This document shows positions 24,455 through 37,196 of a DNA stretch of 64,000 nt, piece after piece. The DNA is from Chiloscyllium plagiosum (lineage: Eukaryota): NCBI RefSeq assembly GCF_004010195.1, contig NC_057719.1, positions 60,027,410-60,091,409 of the forward strand, in the 5' to 3' direction. Positions within the stretch are counted from its first letter, which is position 1. Each line of letters starts with the position of its first letter. The notes below the pieces were generated by a model. That model was not told where the DNA came from. It worked only from the letters and a program-made list of their open reading frames with translations, and made no database searches. Both the position numbers and the translations under genes were made by a program.

Positions 24455-24660
24455 AGCTGTGATAAACACAAATTGCTGTAGAAACTCAGCAGGTCTGGCA
24501 GCATCTCTGGAAAGAGAAACAGAGTTAACGTTTTGAGTCAGATATGATTCTTCTTTTCAATTATTTCTCTCCACAGATGCTGCTAGTCCTCTGAGTTTAT
24601 ACAGCACTTTCTGCTTTTATTTCAGATTTACAGCAGCAACAGAATTTTGATTTTATTCAC
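24455..24660. repeat. Fold-back Penelope terminal-repeat fragment
   Basis: gaaactcagcaggtctggcagcatct ... agatgctgctagtcctctgagttt are inverted arms. Confidence 0.65.
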
Positions 24661-24867
24661 TGGTGAGAGCTGTTGAAATTCAGCCCGAGTAGCTGTGTGA
24701 TGTTGGACGCTCGCTGTGTTCTATGGAATATAGACACTGTGTTCTGTGGGATGCACACTTAGACAAATATCAACTGTGGTTGGAGGGCCATAAACATGGC
24801 GAAAGTTGCTTGTGAGGAACCTGTTAGAATTCCAGTGCAGAATTATCCATGGGTGAGAGTTGTAGGT

Positions 24868-25140
24868 TTCTTTTATGTTCATGTTTGGGACATGAGCGCC
24901 GCTGACTGGCCAGCATTTATTTCCCATCCCTAGATTTCCTTGAGAAGGTGGTGGTGAGCTGCCTTCTTGAACCACTACAGTCCACATGCTCGATGTTGAC
25001 CTACAATGCTCTTATGAAAGGAATTACAGGATTTTGACCCAATAACACTGAAGGAACAGCAATATATTTCCAAGACAGGATGATAAGTCACTTGGAGGGA
25101 TACTTGCAGGAGGTGGTGTTCCCATGTATCTGATGTCCAT
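24868..25140 (-). mobile_element. LINE 3' fragment (same family as 13998-14437)
   Basis: ggccagcatttatttcccatccc...ttgagaaggtggtggtgagctgcc. Confidence 0.7.
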
Positions 25141-25261
25141 TAACACATTCTAATGTCCAGGACTATTTCTGGAGAGTTGAACTAAATCTTTGGACAGCCG
25201 CCACACAGGTACAATGAGGAAAGGCCATCATCTAAGTTGTTTCAGCCATAGTGCACTGAGA

Positions 25262-26408
25262 CAGAAAAACTACAGATGCTGGAATCCAAAGTTGACAGGC
25301 AGGAGGCTGGAAAAACACAGCAAGCCAGGTAGCATCAAGAGGTGGCGAAGTCGATGTTTCAGGTGTAAGCTTTCTTCAGGACTGGGGTGGGTGTAGGGGG
25401 AGCTGCAGATAAAGGGAGTGGTGGGGGCAGGGTGGTGAAATGGGGATAGATGAAGACAGGTAGAGGGTATGACCTGGTTGGTTAATGGGAGGAATGAATC
25501 CGGTTGGTGGCTGGGAGGAATGGAAGGGAGAGGAGGCGCTGGGAAGGAAGTCAGGGCTTAGGAAGGGAGGTTATTTAAAATTGGATTAGGTTGGAAGAGA
25601 GGCAGGTGAACCTCTGTCTCGTGTGGAAGAACTGTTCAGGGTCCTGAATGGAGGTGAGGGGTATGGTGAACTGGCAGGTTCCACATCCGCCAAAACCCCA
25701 GGCCACTCTCCCCACCGACCCCCCCGAACGCCCAGGAAACTTCCCCTGTAACCTGAAAAGATGCAAAACCTGCTGGTACACCACCACCCTCACCTCCAGG
25801 GCCCCAAACAGTCCGTTCACTGGTTCACCTGCCTCTCCCCAAACTAGTTTACTGCATCCGGTGCTCCCGATGTGGTCTTCTCTACATCAGGGAGACTGAA
25901 GGTAAACCTAGGGAATGGTTCACCGAGCATCGCAGCCGTGTCTGCAGAGGCTGACCTGATCTCCCAGTCACCGCCCATTTTAATCTCCCTTCCCACTCTC
26001 TTTCCGACATGACCATCATTGGTCTCCTTTGTGGCCGCAATGAAGCACACTGCACATTGAAGGAACACCACCCCATCTTCTGTCTGGGCAGCCTACAGCC
26101 CTGAGGACTCAACATTGAAATCTCCAATTTCAAATAACCTCCCTTCCCATTCCCCAACTCCCTTCCTAGCCCCTCCCCCTCCCTTCCACCAACTGGAATA
26201 ATTCCTCCCATTAACCAACCAGGTCGTATCCTCTACCAGTCTTCTCCTATCCCCACTTCACCACCCTGCCCCCACCACCCCTTTATCTGCAGCTCCCCCT
26301 GCACCCACCCCAGTCCTGAAGAAGGCTTACACCTGAAACATCGACTTCTCCATCTCCTGACGCTGCCTGGCTCGCTGTGTTCCTCCAGCCTCCTGCCTGT
26401 TTATAATC
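25262..26408. mobile_element. Penelope-like element with inverted terminal repeats around a GIY-YIG remnant
   Basis: Arms of about 300 bp (25295-25580 vs 26120-26400) are reverse complements. The interior on + encodes PCNLKRCKTC...VYCIRCSRCGLLYI.ET...HFN...GLNIE. Flanking CACTGAGA at 25254-25261 and 26409-26416. Confidence 0.85.
26312..26346 (+). ncRNA. Minimal type I hammerhead-ribozyme motif (antisense copy at 25349-25383)
   Basis: Helix I AGTC/GACT, core CTGAAGA, helix II AGG/CCT, GAAA, then CA-TC with the putative cleavage site after C26342. Confidence 0.7.
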
Positions 26409-28299
26409 CACTGAGAGACAGGGAACTGTATACAAAAACCTTTTGGGCTGTTTGACATGAAATGAAATTTATAAATATTAACTGTAATTGTAGATGTTAT
26501 GAGTAACATGTAATATTGGAAGAAACGCATTTGGTTTGCATTATGAAATGTCAACTTTGAACAGTTATATCAATGTGCACTTATGTATATTTTTTGAATA
26601 TTAATTTTACTTTTGGAAAAAGGTACCTTGGAATTGGAAACTTTCTTTTGATGTGCATAATCCACAAATGTAAGTAGTATTCAAAATATTAATGTTTTTG
26701 TTAACTAACCAGAATCCTTTTAAATCAAGCTGAAAGTACTTTCAGTGGTCTTACATTTAGATTTGTAGACTAGACATGTCATCAATAAAATTACTCTAAC
26801 AAAACCTAACTTATCTATTCTGTTAAACTGTTCAAGGTATGACTCACTTTGACTGAATTCAATTCATTCAATTCCACAGAAGGCTAATTACAAGTTGATT
26901 GATTATTTATAAACATGTCACCCTACAAAGAGATGCAGCATATATATTTATGTAGATTTTTAAACGAGAAAGTATTTACTCTAATAGCTTAAAGAAAATA
27001 ATCTGTTTATTTTGAATTTATTTCAATCCAAGATAATACACAGAATAAAACAATTATTGCCAAGTGGTGCCTAAGTTCACTTAATCAGAATTAATTTGGG
27101 ATGGTTATGCTTTGTGAATGTACACACACAGTATATAATTAACCCAACAAACTTTATCTAAAGCTAAATTTTCAAAGTCTATACAAAGGAAATAGAACCT
27201 CATTCCAGGAAATCATGTCTTCCTTTACCCAATGTAAAAAGCAAGATTCAATCCAAATCCAAAATGCCAAAAATGATCAGATATAAGGGTATGCTAGATT
27301 TTTGCTGCATTTAATGGTAGTTATGTTAACTTGCACAGCACTGTTCATCAATTGTTATTTAATCAGAGAAGTCTTTTCCTTTCTTTCAGTCTTCATTTCA
27401 TTTGAGGTTTAATCTTTGTGGTTGTGCGAGTGCCAATATTGGCAGGTAACAATCATGAGATCACAAGAAATTTTAACAATTCAAAGAGAACCTATACATC
27501 TTTTAAATTTGTGAACAGACTATGAGATGGTGAACAATATTTTGTCTTATTATTGTTCCTTATGTTTCTGCAGATGGATTTTGAACTGTGGAACATTCTA
27601 CAAGCTCAAGCTTTTGCTGCCCATCTCATTTTTGCTAATGATCATTTTAGAGTCTGCATTAAAAAAATGATAGCATTTAATACATCATTAAATGAATCAT
27701 GGTTTATTTTCCATAAGAATCTGTCATGAAAGGCTACTTTGTCTTTTACTAAGCAAGTACTCTGTTAAGAACAACTAATTGAAGAAAAGATTTGTATTGA
27801 AAACAGTTGTAAAGGTGGTTTATCAACAGAAGTCCAAGGATTAGAAATAGATAGCACCTTTTTAAATATATTTCATATCGCTAATGCTGGAATAACTCAT
27901 TTCAATCTACAGCCTGTTGCAAGAGCTAATTTTTATTCAGTACTTACCATTCTTAATTCTTCATAAAAATGCTCTACATATACCAAAATTATAATTCAGA
28001 TTTAGTGTCCAAAATTACAATGAACACATAGGGCTCAATCTCATGCATTGAGTTTTTTGAAGTGGTTCTCGCTGTGAGGCCAAGTGAGTTTTTGCTTCAA
28101 ATTGTAACAAACTCTCTGCATCATTTGTTATCCTATCTCTATTTATCATATCTAATTTCTGTTCCATCTTACTATGCACCATTCCCAGAAGGATTCACCA
28201 CTCAGTGTATATCCATCCTAACACCAGCATCTCTTGTGCTATGCCATCTTTGAAACCTTACCTCTCAGTTGGGGGAGACTGGCATTTGGCAGCTGTCCT

Positions 28300-28830
28300 G
28301 CTTGGTGATGCCAGTGGTGAGGAGAAATGGCAGAGAAGGTGAGGCTTGCACCATGTTTTTTAGTGAGGGATATGGACATCCTGTTGGACAGGGTGGTGCA
28401 ATGAAGAGATGTTCTCTTCTTGTAGGACCGTCAGAGGAGGTGAGCCCTCTCCAGGCATGGCCATCCTGGTCAGAGATCATCACTCAGCTTGATGCTGCCT
28501 CCATGGTGCAGTGGACCAGACTGTCGTGCTGATAGAAAGCCAATGACCTTCTCTGCTCTGCCCAGATAAATGCTATACTCTGTTCTCTGTCACCTCACTC
28601 TCACTCCATCTCTGCCATGGTATCCAACTCCCATCAAGGTCCATGTCCTGACACACCCTTTATTGCATGCAACCCCTTCCCTGACATGTCTATCATCGGA
28701 ACACTACATCACATTGTCCACACATGTATCCGCACTAACAGCCAAGCCATCCACTGGTTTATTACTCATTCATCTCCTTTACATCATTGCAGGAGAAGAC
28801 ACCCCATATAGCTGATTATCTACCGCAACA
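28300..28830 (+). mobile_element. PIF/Harbinger Myb/SANT-like partner gene remnant
   Basis: APCF...MDILLDRVVQ*RDVLF...AWPSWSEIITQLDAASMVQWTRLSC**KANDL matches the Myb-like trihelix pattern (AP.F...L..L...V....L...W.E.A.......RT..QC.KK.NDL). Confidence 0.55.
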
Positions 28831-28859
28831 CCATATTCCCACACTATTCCTGTATCCTT

Positions 28860-29385
28860 AATGTCAGTAATAATCAGAAATCTATTGATTTCTTTCATGA
28901 TCCTACTTAATGACTGGGCTTCTACATCCCTCTTATATACAGAATTTCAAAGATTCAGCATTCTCTGAGTTAACCATTTCCGAATTAATAGCATTTTGAA
29001 ATTTGAGAACCAATACATCCGCTATCACCGTAGATCACTTTCAACACTCTGCGGATAAGGTCACTAGTTTCGAGGAATTTAATTTAGTAATCCCACTAAT
29101 TTCTGTAATACTATGGTTCTTTTTACTAACTCTAATTTCTTTCAGTTCCACACATTCACTGGGCCATTTGGAGCTTAATTGTTTCCAGGAGACATCTTGT
29201 ATGTTCTTCTGTGAAGACAGAGGCAAAGTAATAATTTAGGTTCTCTGCCTTTTCTCTATTTCCTACTATAAATTCTCCTGTCTCTGCCTGAATGGATCCA
29301 CATTTGTCTTTGCCAATCTTTTCCTTCTTACTTATCTATAGAAGCTTTTACAATCCAGTTTTTTTTAACTATTTTGCATTCATTA
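28860..29385 (-). mobile_element. Old CR1 fragments
   Basis: tcttctgtgaagacagaggcaaagta and gaagcttttaca motifs, also seen in the CR1 at 8200-8350. Confidence 0.55.
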
Positions 29386-31114
29386 ATTTAATTTACTATT
29401 TTTTTTTATCATCAGAGTCTATGAGGGCTAGTATGTGTTAATGTGTATAACACCAATTGTGATATCCTGGTCAGCTGATGACAAATGTGGAGCAAAATTT
29501 CCCCTATCACACTCTTTAACTCTGAACAATACTGGTGAAAAGATTAACATTTCTCATAGTGACAAACACAATGAGTGAGGTAGAGTTTTTCCTTAGAATT
29601 AATCCAGAATTATTGAATGTTGTTACTGACTCACATCCACAATAAATGAGGTTCAGACTGTAGAAATGGGTAAGAAAATAGCTACAGGACTGTGAGAGCT
29701 AAAATCGACAATACCCAACAGAAAATTTAACAAACCTTGTTCTGACAAAACAATTGGTCTTTATTAACAAGGAAGCTGCATGCAGAATGGCTGAACTTGG
29801 GAGAGAGAAAGAGAGCGGATCGCAGCTCTGAGCTACTCTCACAAGATTGCGCTTACAGTGAGAAAAGCAGGAATATTTATACTTAAAACTTATCAATACT
29901 ATCAATAATTATCACTCAAGGTTAGTCGTCCATTAGACTGGCACATTGAATTATGATCTGTGTTATTACTTCTGAGGTTTATCATATTAACTTCCCAAAA
30001 CCTTGTGACACATATGTCATGCCATAATCTTGTCCTTGTTGGGGCCTCAGAGGATTTTATGGAATGTCCTTACTTAGGCTTAGCCAGTATCCCAGAACTT
30101 ATGTGGAGCCAGCTAATCAAACTCTGACAAGGTCTACTGAGGTTAAAGAATTTGCCTGGACTTAGCCTATGTCAAGTCCTGCTAAGGTTAGCATTGCTTT
30201 GACCTTTGTTAACTTGTGTTGTTTACAACCAGGGGTTGGCCAGTTTTCCCATCATGCAACTATGTTTCACACAATTCCTCAAGACTTTTGGAATTCATTT
30301 TTAAGAAGGCAGCCTTGAGGCTGACTCAGGGGAAATGTTCATCTTTCCAATTCAAGCTGCATTCAAATCTAGATGAAAATAATAATTCATGAACCAGCTG
30401 CACCATTTCTTGATTTACAAATATTTATGAATAACAATATTTTCTTATTATTCATTTCTATATTTATATAGTTTGATAGTTATTCTTTGAATGGAGAATA
30501 ATGTCTTGGAGGAGAGATTTTGCCTTAGAGTATCAAAGTGTTGAATTAACAACAACAGTCATCAATCTTGACTGCTTCAACAATCTTCAAAAAATGAACT
30601 TGATAAAACAAAGCATATTTTAAACATTACTCAAAAATTTTGATGTGTATTTTTAAAACTGTCACTGATAGTGAGATTTGCTCTTTAAAAAGCCATCTAA
30701 TTCCTGCTAAGTGCCACACACCCACAGTATTAACCATACATTTCCCTGATATGAGCTAAAAGTTGGCAGATCTTTTTCTCATACATATTATCAATAACAC
30801 TTGTGAGTACTGTAGGAGCTGCTAACCCATTGCTCATGCATGAAATTTGGATAAGTCACAGGGGTATCTAGCGTTTTCGAATTGTATTTATTTCTTGTAA
30901 AACTGACTTTGGTAAAGCTATTTAAGGTTAGATCTCAAGGCTCTACGTTTACATACTTTGAAGAAAATAGTGTCAAAAGTAAACTAGAAAATAAATTTTC
31001 AGTCACACTGTTACCTTAATGAAGGATAATTCATTACAGAATTACTGCAGGCAGTACCACCACAAATTCATGAGAATTGTTCTAGGAATGTGGAACTTCA
31101 GTTCTGCAAATAAA

Positions 31115-31500
31115 CTAGAGAAGGTGAGACATTTTCTTGAAGAAAAGGCTGAGTGGTGATTTGAAAGAGATATTCAAAATCATGAGGACTCTGTATAGAA
31201 CAGGTAGAGAGAAACTGTTCCCATTTGTGAAAGGATCAAGAACATGAGGGGAGGGCACAGATTTAAGTAATTGATAAAAGAAGCAAAAGCAGTATGAGGC
31301 AAAGCTTCCCACACACTCAGTAGTTAAGGTCTAGAATGCACTGAGTATGCTAGGGCTAGATTCAATTGAGGTAAGGGATGTTAGAGTCTTACCTAAAAAG
31401 GAACAATGTGCATGGTTCCAGAAGGTAGGAAAACGGTACTAAGTAAATTGCCCTATTCAGAAAGCTGGTGCAACCAAATGGCCTCCTTCTGTACTTTAAC
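31115..31500 (+). mobile_element. Old CR1 3' fragment
   Basis: RRLSGDLKEIFKIMR...EKLFP....SRT.G motif and aaatggcctccttctgt tail. Confidence 0.65.
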
Positions 31501-31961
31501 AATTGTGATAGGGAAGATGAAATAATGCCTGCCATCTTGTCACTTTGTCAACCCAGACTAGCTGCTCTTTTGGGACTGCAGAAGCATTTTTTTTTTGTAT
31601 GAGTGTATAAAAATATACAAATTTAGAAACTTTTTTTTCTAAAAATGTGTACTATACATACAAGCATATTCCATGTGTTCTGAGCTTCAATCTCAATGTG
31701 TTATGGTACACAAGACGCTATGTCTTTGCAAAAAGGGAGTTTATTTATCATGGTAGCCCTTGTTTGCCAAAAATTGGCTGTTCTTCACACCAGTTGGTTT
31801 TCCAGAGGGACTAGCATGCATTTTAACTGGCATATGGCAATATTCTGATGTAAAGGAGATTATTGCTTTAGAAAAATACACAAAGGAGACCTATCTGATT
31901 ACGTTTATATATTAAAGTGTCCTGATTCAACCAACAGCTGAGTGAAACAACTGAATAACTT

Positions 31962-32712
31962 TTTAAATTTGTTCATGGGATGTGGGCATTGCTTGTTAGA
32001 CCAGCATTATTGCCAATCTCCAATTGCCCTGGAGAACTTGGTGATGAGCTGCCTCCTTGAATGGCTGCAGGCCTTGCAAATGGGACACCCAGAGCTGTTG
32101 GTGATGTCAGAATACTCAGACAGCAACAATGAATAAAAGTTGATAAAGTTCCCAATCAGGAAGATGTCTGGTTTGGAGATGAACATGCGTGCAGTTGTGT
32201 TCCTTTGCACTTATTGCCTTTGTCCCTCTAAGTAAGTGGTCATGATGAGACGGTGATGTCAGGAAACAGTTTTGGTGACTTACACCAGTGCATCTTGTAG
32301 AAAGTATTCAATATTAAGACTTCAGGATGAAGGTGGAGATGTAGTCATCCAAACTAATGGAGAGTATTCCATAACACTCTTGACTTATACCCCTTGTAGA
32401 TGGACAGGCACTAAGAAGAAGGAAGTGAGTTACTTGCCACAGAATTCCTAGCCTTTAATTTGCTCCTGCAACCACAGCATTTATATGGCTGGTCCAGTTC
32501 AGCTCCTGGTCAATGGTAACCCCCAGGATGTTAATAGTGTGGGATTCAGTGATGGTAATGCCATTAAAGATCTAATGCGATGGTTAAATTCTGTCTAATT
32601 GGTGATGGTCATTGTCTGGATCTTGTGTGGTTCAAATGTTTCTTACCACTTATCAGGCCAAACCTGATGTTTACCAGTTATTGCTGTATATGGACATGCA
32701 TTGCTTCAGCAA
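31962..32712 (-). mobile_element. LINE 3' fragment (same family as 13998-14437)
   Basis: catgggatgtgggc...ccagcatt; ggtccagttcag...ggtcaatggtaacccccagg. Confidence 0.7.
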
Positions 32713-32879
32713 TGATACTTTGCAATTAAAAGTTAAATATGTCAAATATAACAGTGCTCTGTTTGAGATTATGACTAGCATTTTACTATAGTTCTTTCAG
32801 AAGGAGCACTTGCTTATCAAGTCATTCCCAAAAACTTTCATGATACTTATTTAATAGATGATGATGAACAAAAAGAACA

Positions 32880-35800
32880 TTTTAACTGCCGCTGCAGCAT
32901 CTTTTATTTGGAGTCTCCCAACAAATCTAAATACGTTAAAATTGTTAAAAGAAAAAAATACATATTTGAGACTCATTCAAAATATTACAATTTCGAGTTA
33001 ATTCACAAACCACTCCAGGCTGCCCAGAGAGCACGAGGAGTTCCAACTTAATCCTCTCTGGATAAATTTAGAGCACATAAAACCTTCATAATTTAGAGCA
33101 CATAATTCTCAATTGCATTAGCTTTTTGAATAAGGTTATAGTTCATTGACTAATCTAGCTATTTAGATCAATGCTAACATCTCAGTAAAGATTGACCATC
33201 CACTTTTATCAGAATGAATAGATTTTGCAAAAGTGTTTTGAAAAACATGCTAACTTGAGTTATGCACGTATTGGTATATTTATTTTATAATGTTTTTACT
33301 TGAATAACCACACACAGAAAGAAATCTCTAAGATTTTGGCTAACTGTCTTTTTAGCATCTTCAGAGCAATAAGTCTGGTAAATAAAATCTTCATAAAGTA
33401 TATGCTATTGATTATGACAGTATTGATATTATGTGCATGAGATGTTTAAAGCTTCATTACTTTAATGTATTAACAGTTTGGATGTATGTGTAAAAGAATG
33501 ATGCCAGATAGTAACAAATCCAAGAAAAGTTTATTATGAATATGGCATTTGCAGGATGATAAAATCAAGTTACATAACCATGTATGACATGTTTCTTTGA
33601 ATTGATGAAATAATCTACAAAAGTATAAAAGAATCCTGTTGTAAATGAAGTATGTACATTTCTGGTTTGCAGCATTATCTGTGATCAATGAAATGTTCTT
33701 TTAAATAAGCCAGGCACTCAGAAGGTTAGCTTGAAGTTTGAAGCACAAAAATAAATGTACCATAGTTGTCTCTTTAAATTTACTTTTAATTGTTTTGTAT
33801 TGTAGAGTTGGTAACACTGTTAACATTGATACTAACAGAACCCCTTGCCCCATTGTTTAGCTACTTGGCACCAATTCCTCATAAAATATTTTATATACTT
33901 GTACAAGAAATAGTTAAAAACACAGACACAGCCTTCACAGGTGATGAATTTTTCATACTGCGATTTGAAACACTATGTGATTTGACAGCAGCTGTGATTA
34001 TTGTTAGTTCAAATCACCAGAAATTATTTGACACCAACACAGAAACATTTAAAAAACAGCTCCTTTTGCTGTTTTAGCTATTGTTTGCAGTTAGAGCACA
34101 AGGGACTCTGGGAATGTTTATAGCTGAGGCTCCATGGCGGCAATCTGTCACATACATCTGAGCCTGCTATATAGTGCATTGTCTGGCAAGATGGAAGATA
34201 AGTCATCCCCAGAATTCCTCTGTGAAAATGGTTCCATTAACCATGAGCTAGTTAAGAGTCTTTTATCTCTGAGAGAGGTCTGAAGAATACACAGCAAAGC
34301 AACAGCAGAAACAAAAGGTATACAGACAGTGGAAGCAGCATAAGGTGACACTACAGAGGAAGGCCATCACACAAAAAACATCACCTCCCAAGAATCACTG
34401 GTTCACGAGGATTGCAGTAATGAAATTGACCATTGCAGACTAGAGATAAAGCACAGTGAGGACAAAGGACAATATTGCCACATTAGCTTAGTATATACTG
34501 CATATAGTAACACACATTAAATTTTGCAATGGGACTGACAGTCAAGGACACTTACACATTGTACACATTACTTATCTCACTCTCATTATTAGATGCCTTA
34601 ATGAACAGCTGCCAAAGATGGAGTGAAAGAAGCATTTATACTGACAATCACAAATAGTGTCAAACACTAGAATGTGTTTTTTTTTGGCAAAATGATGACA
34701 GAAAAATAGAATTGCGAGTCTATTAATTAATGTGCAGTTTTGATTTGTGTACCTATTCCAAGCTTATAAACTCAATCTTGAATTTCTGTTTCAGTACTAA
34801 CAACTAAAGTACAATTAGAATTTCCTCTATTTCAGTAAACAGAAGAATAATGAAACACAATATGTCAAATATTCTTCTTAAAAGTCTAAAACAACATTAT
34901 TTTAAATTGCAGATTAGCCTCAGTTATACTGAGAAAAATATAGCTGAAAATAAATGCAAGTATCTCACCTCAACTCAATCTTATTGAGTCTCCTTAAAGC
35001 ACTTTGAAAAAAGGCAGAACGACTATAAAAACGGCGTGAGGCTTTGTGTTTTTTAGTCTGGAGGTAAAGTTTGCATGGCTGCAGAAAAGGTTAACACAGA
35101 TTCTGGTCATAAGAGAATGAGGAGATTGCAGCCACAAACTGGAAACTAAATCCATTTGTCTAGTACAAAACAGCACTCTTCCACAAATTCCAGCCCATAT
35201 GCTGCATATTTTACGAAGACAACAAAGATTAATAATGGTAGCACCATGGTAGCAGAAGTAATGTCTACTTATGGTTCATTAACTACACATGGATTCCATC
35301 TTCCTACAGTTTCAAGAATTTAACATTCTAGACACAGGCCAGAATCAAATTATGTAAGAACCCAAATTGCTTTATGTGCAAGTAAGAAAAATCTGAATCA
35401 TAAAAAAGAATTAAACTCTGCATAAAATTTCAAAATACTATGCCCTATTTTTAAAAAGAAAAAAAAAACCCTTTAAAGTCTGACTTAGTCAAACTGGGTC
35501 ATCTTTCCATACTTACCTCCTTCAACCTTGATCATATCAAGATCATTATAGATTAAAATCTGTAATTCTCTCATTTTACAATCTCTTCACCATTGCATTT
35601 GCATCTTATGGCAGAGGCATGTACACATTAAAGGCATCTTCACAAAGATGCAAAGGAAAACCTTGGAAGGAACATTTACAATTAACTGGTAATTCAACTT
35701 TCTGAAGGCAAAAAAATAACTCTTTACATTACAGAATGATTAGTCACAGTTCAAAAGAGACATGAGAACAGTTGTATTGATGGTGTGAGCTGACCTGCTC

Positions 35801-35886
35801 AAGTTCAAAGTGCTAGCACTAGAATTCAGCTGAAAACATTGTCTATGCCTCAGAACACAATACTGAACACAGTATATGGTCATAGT
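32880..35886 (-). other. NPAS3: Probable NPAS3 3'UTR ending at a candidate poly(A) site
   Basis: About 3 kb of AT-rich sequence after the stop codon with no recognisable repeat. Minus-strand AATAAA at 32908-32903 is followed about 20 nt later by a GU/U-rich tract (tgttctttttgttc). Confidence 0.5.
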
Positions 35887-37196
35887 TTAATCCTCTTTAC
35901 GTTCCAATGATTGTGTGGTGTGAACACCATTACTATACACAGGAAACGGAAGTGTGGAAAAGAGTCCCTCTGCTGTTGTGAACACATTCCCTGCAGGCAT
36001 TTGGGCCAGACTGGCCCCACTCACAGTGCTCCCGAATGGCCCTGACATGTTAATTCGATGTACATGGTGATAAAGCATTTCCATAGGTGTCTTGGGCTCT
36101 AACCCAAAACTAGAACTGTTAACATCAACAAAGTTGACAGCATGAGTGTTAGGCAGCAAGTTGCCCTGCATGGCAAAGGTCACCTCAGCTGGGGCATACC
36201 GAATGGTGCCAGTAGTATAGACCCTCTGAGGAGTAGTGCTGGTGGCAGCTAGAGTTCCTGTTACCCTATGAACTAGGGGAAGCACCACATTACCAGCCTG
36301 TAACCTCTGCAGCGTTTCTAGGTCACTGGTGTAAAGCACAGAACTAGTGGTACTGGTGCTGCTGAGATGCTTGTCTCGTGGGGAGGTTGACAGAGGAGGA
36401 GACAGAGGATCTGTGACAGGAACTAAGGTAGTGTTGGATGAGGTGCTAAACTGAGTTTTACGACTGGCAGTATTTTCAGTCCCTGGTGGGGTAAGAACAG
36501 AGTCTGGAATAGTGACATGTAAACTAGTGTTGGCCTGTGGAGAGGGGAAGTGCTCAGAGCTCGGGGGCTTGGTCATGCTATAAGGGGATTCATTCCTTGA
36601 GATCTCTCTATTAGGAGGGTAATTCCAAATACTGCTATCATTATCAAAATTTATAGGTTCTGTTATTTCTGTTTTAATTTTAAGCACAGAGGCACTGTTT
36701 GGTGAGGACAGCAGTTGAGGCTGGTCTACTATGTTTGAGTCAAGTCCACTAGGGCTCGAAGCACTTGACAGCCTTCTACGTGTAACACTGCCTCCTTTTT
36801 GTTTTTTTCTCCTCTTCTTTCTCTTCTGGTGCTTGCTGGAAGACTGGATGGTCACTTCTCCTGCACTATCTGAATCCTTGGCACTGTCTGAGGTCACTGA
36901 TTCACGGTTTGGCAACTGCATCTCCGTTTCGCTGCCTGCATATCGTTCTACTTTGATCTGCATAGAACCAAAAGTGCCAAAACTGTCCTCAGCTGCTTTC
37001 TGACTCTCAAAGTCTGAATTTTCAAAGCTATCATCGCTGTCCCTGCTGTCCTGGTTGCTAGAGCTATTGTCATCATCATTGCAGTTCATTTCATGATCTG
37101 AGTGGTTCCCAGACTGCTTCTTTCTGTCTGGCTCTGGATCATCACTGTTTTCAGACTGGTTGCCCTTCTCATCTGACTTGGAATTCTCATTGTCAT
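35887..37196 (-). CDS. NPAS3: Neuronal PAS domain protein 3, last coding exon (C-terminal region, ends ...QSLERKED*)
   Basis: Translation [26 protein letters not shown]...[50 protein letters not shown]...[10 protein letters not shown] matches the vertebrate NPAS3 C-terminus as I recall it. A polypyrimidine tract and AG acceptor (ttttttctccatctcctccag, AG at 37198-37197) give a phase-1 start (1310 nt = 2 nt + 436 codons including the stop). Confidence 0.96.

Noticed and set aside
36731..37003. Plus-strand 90-aa ORF overlapping NPAS3
   Set aside because: Antisense shadow of the coding exon with no independent support.
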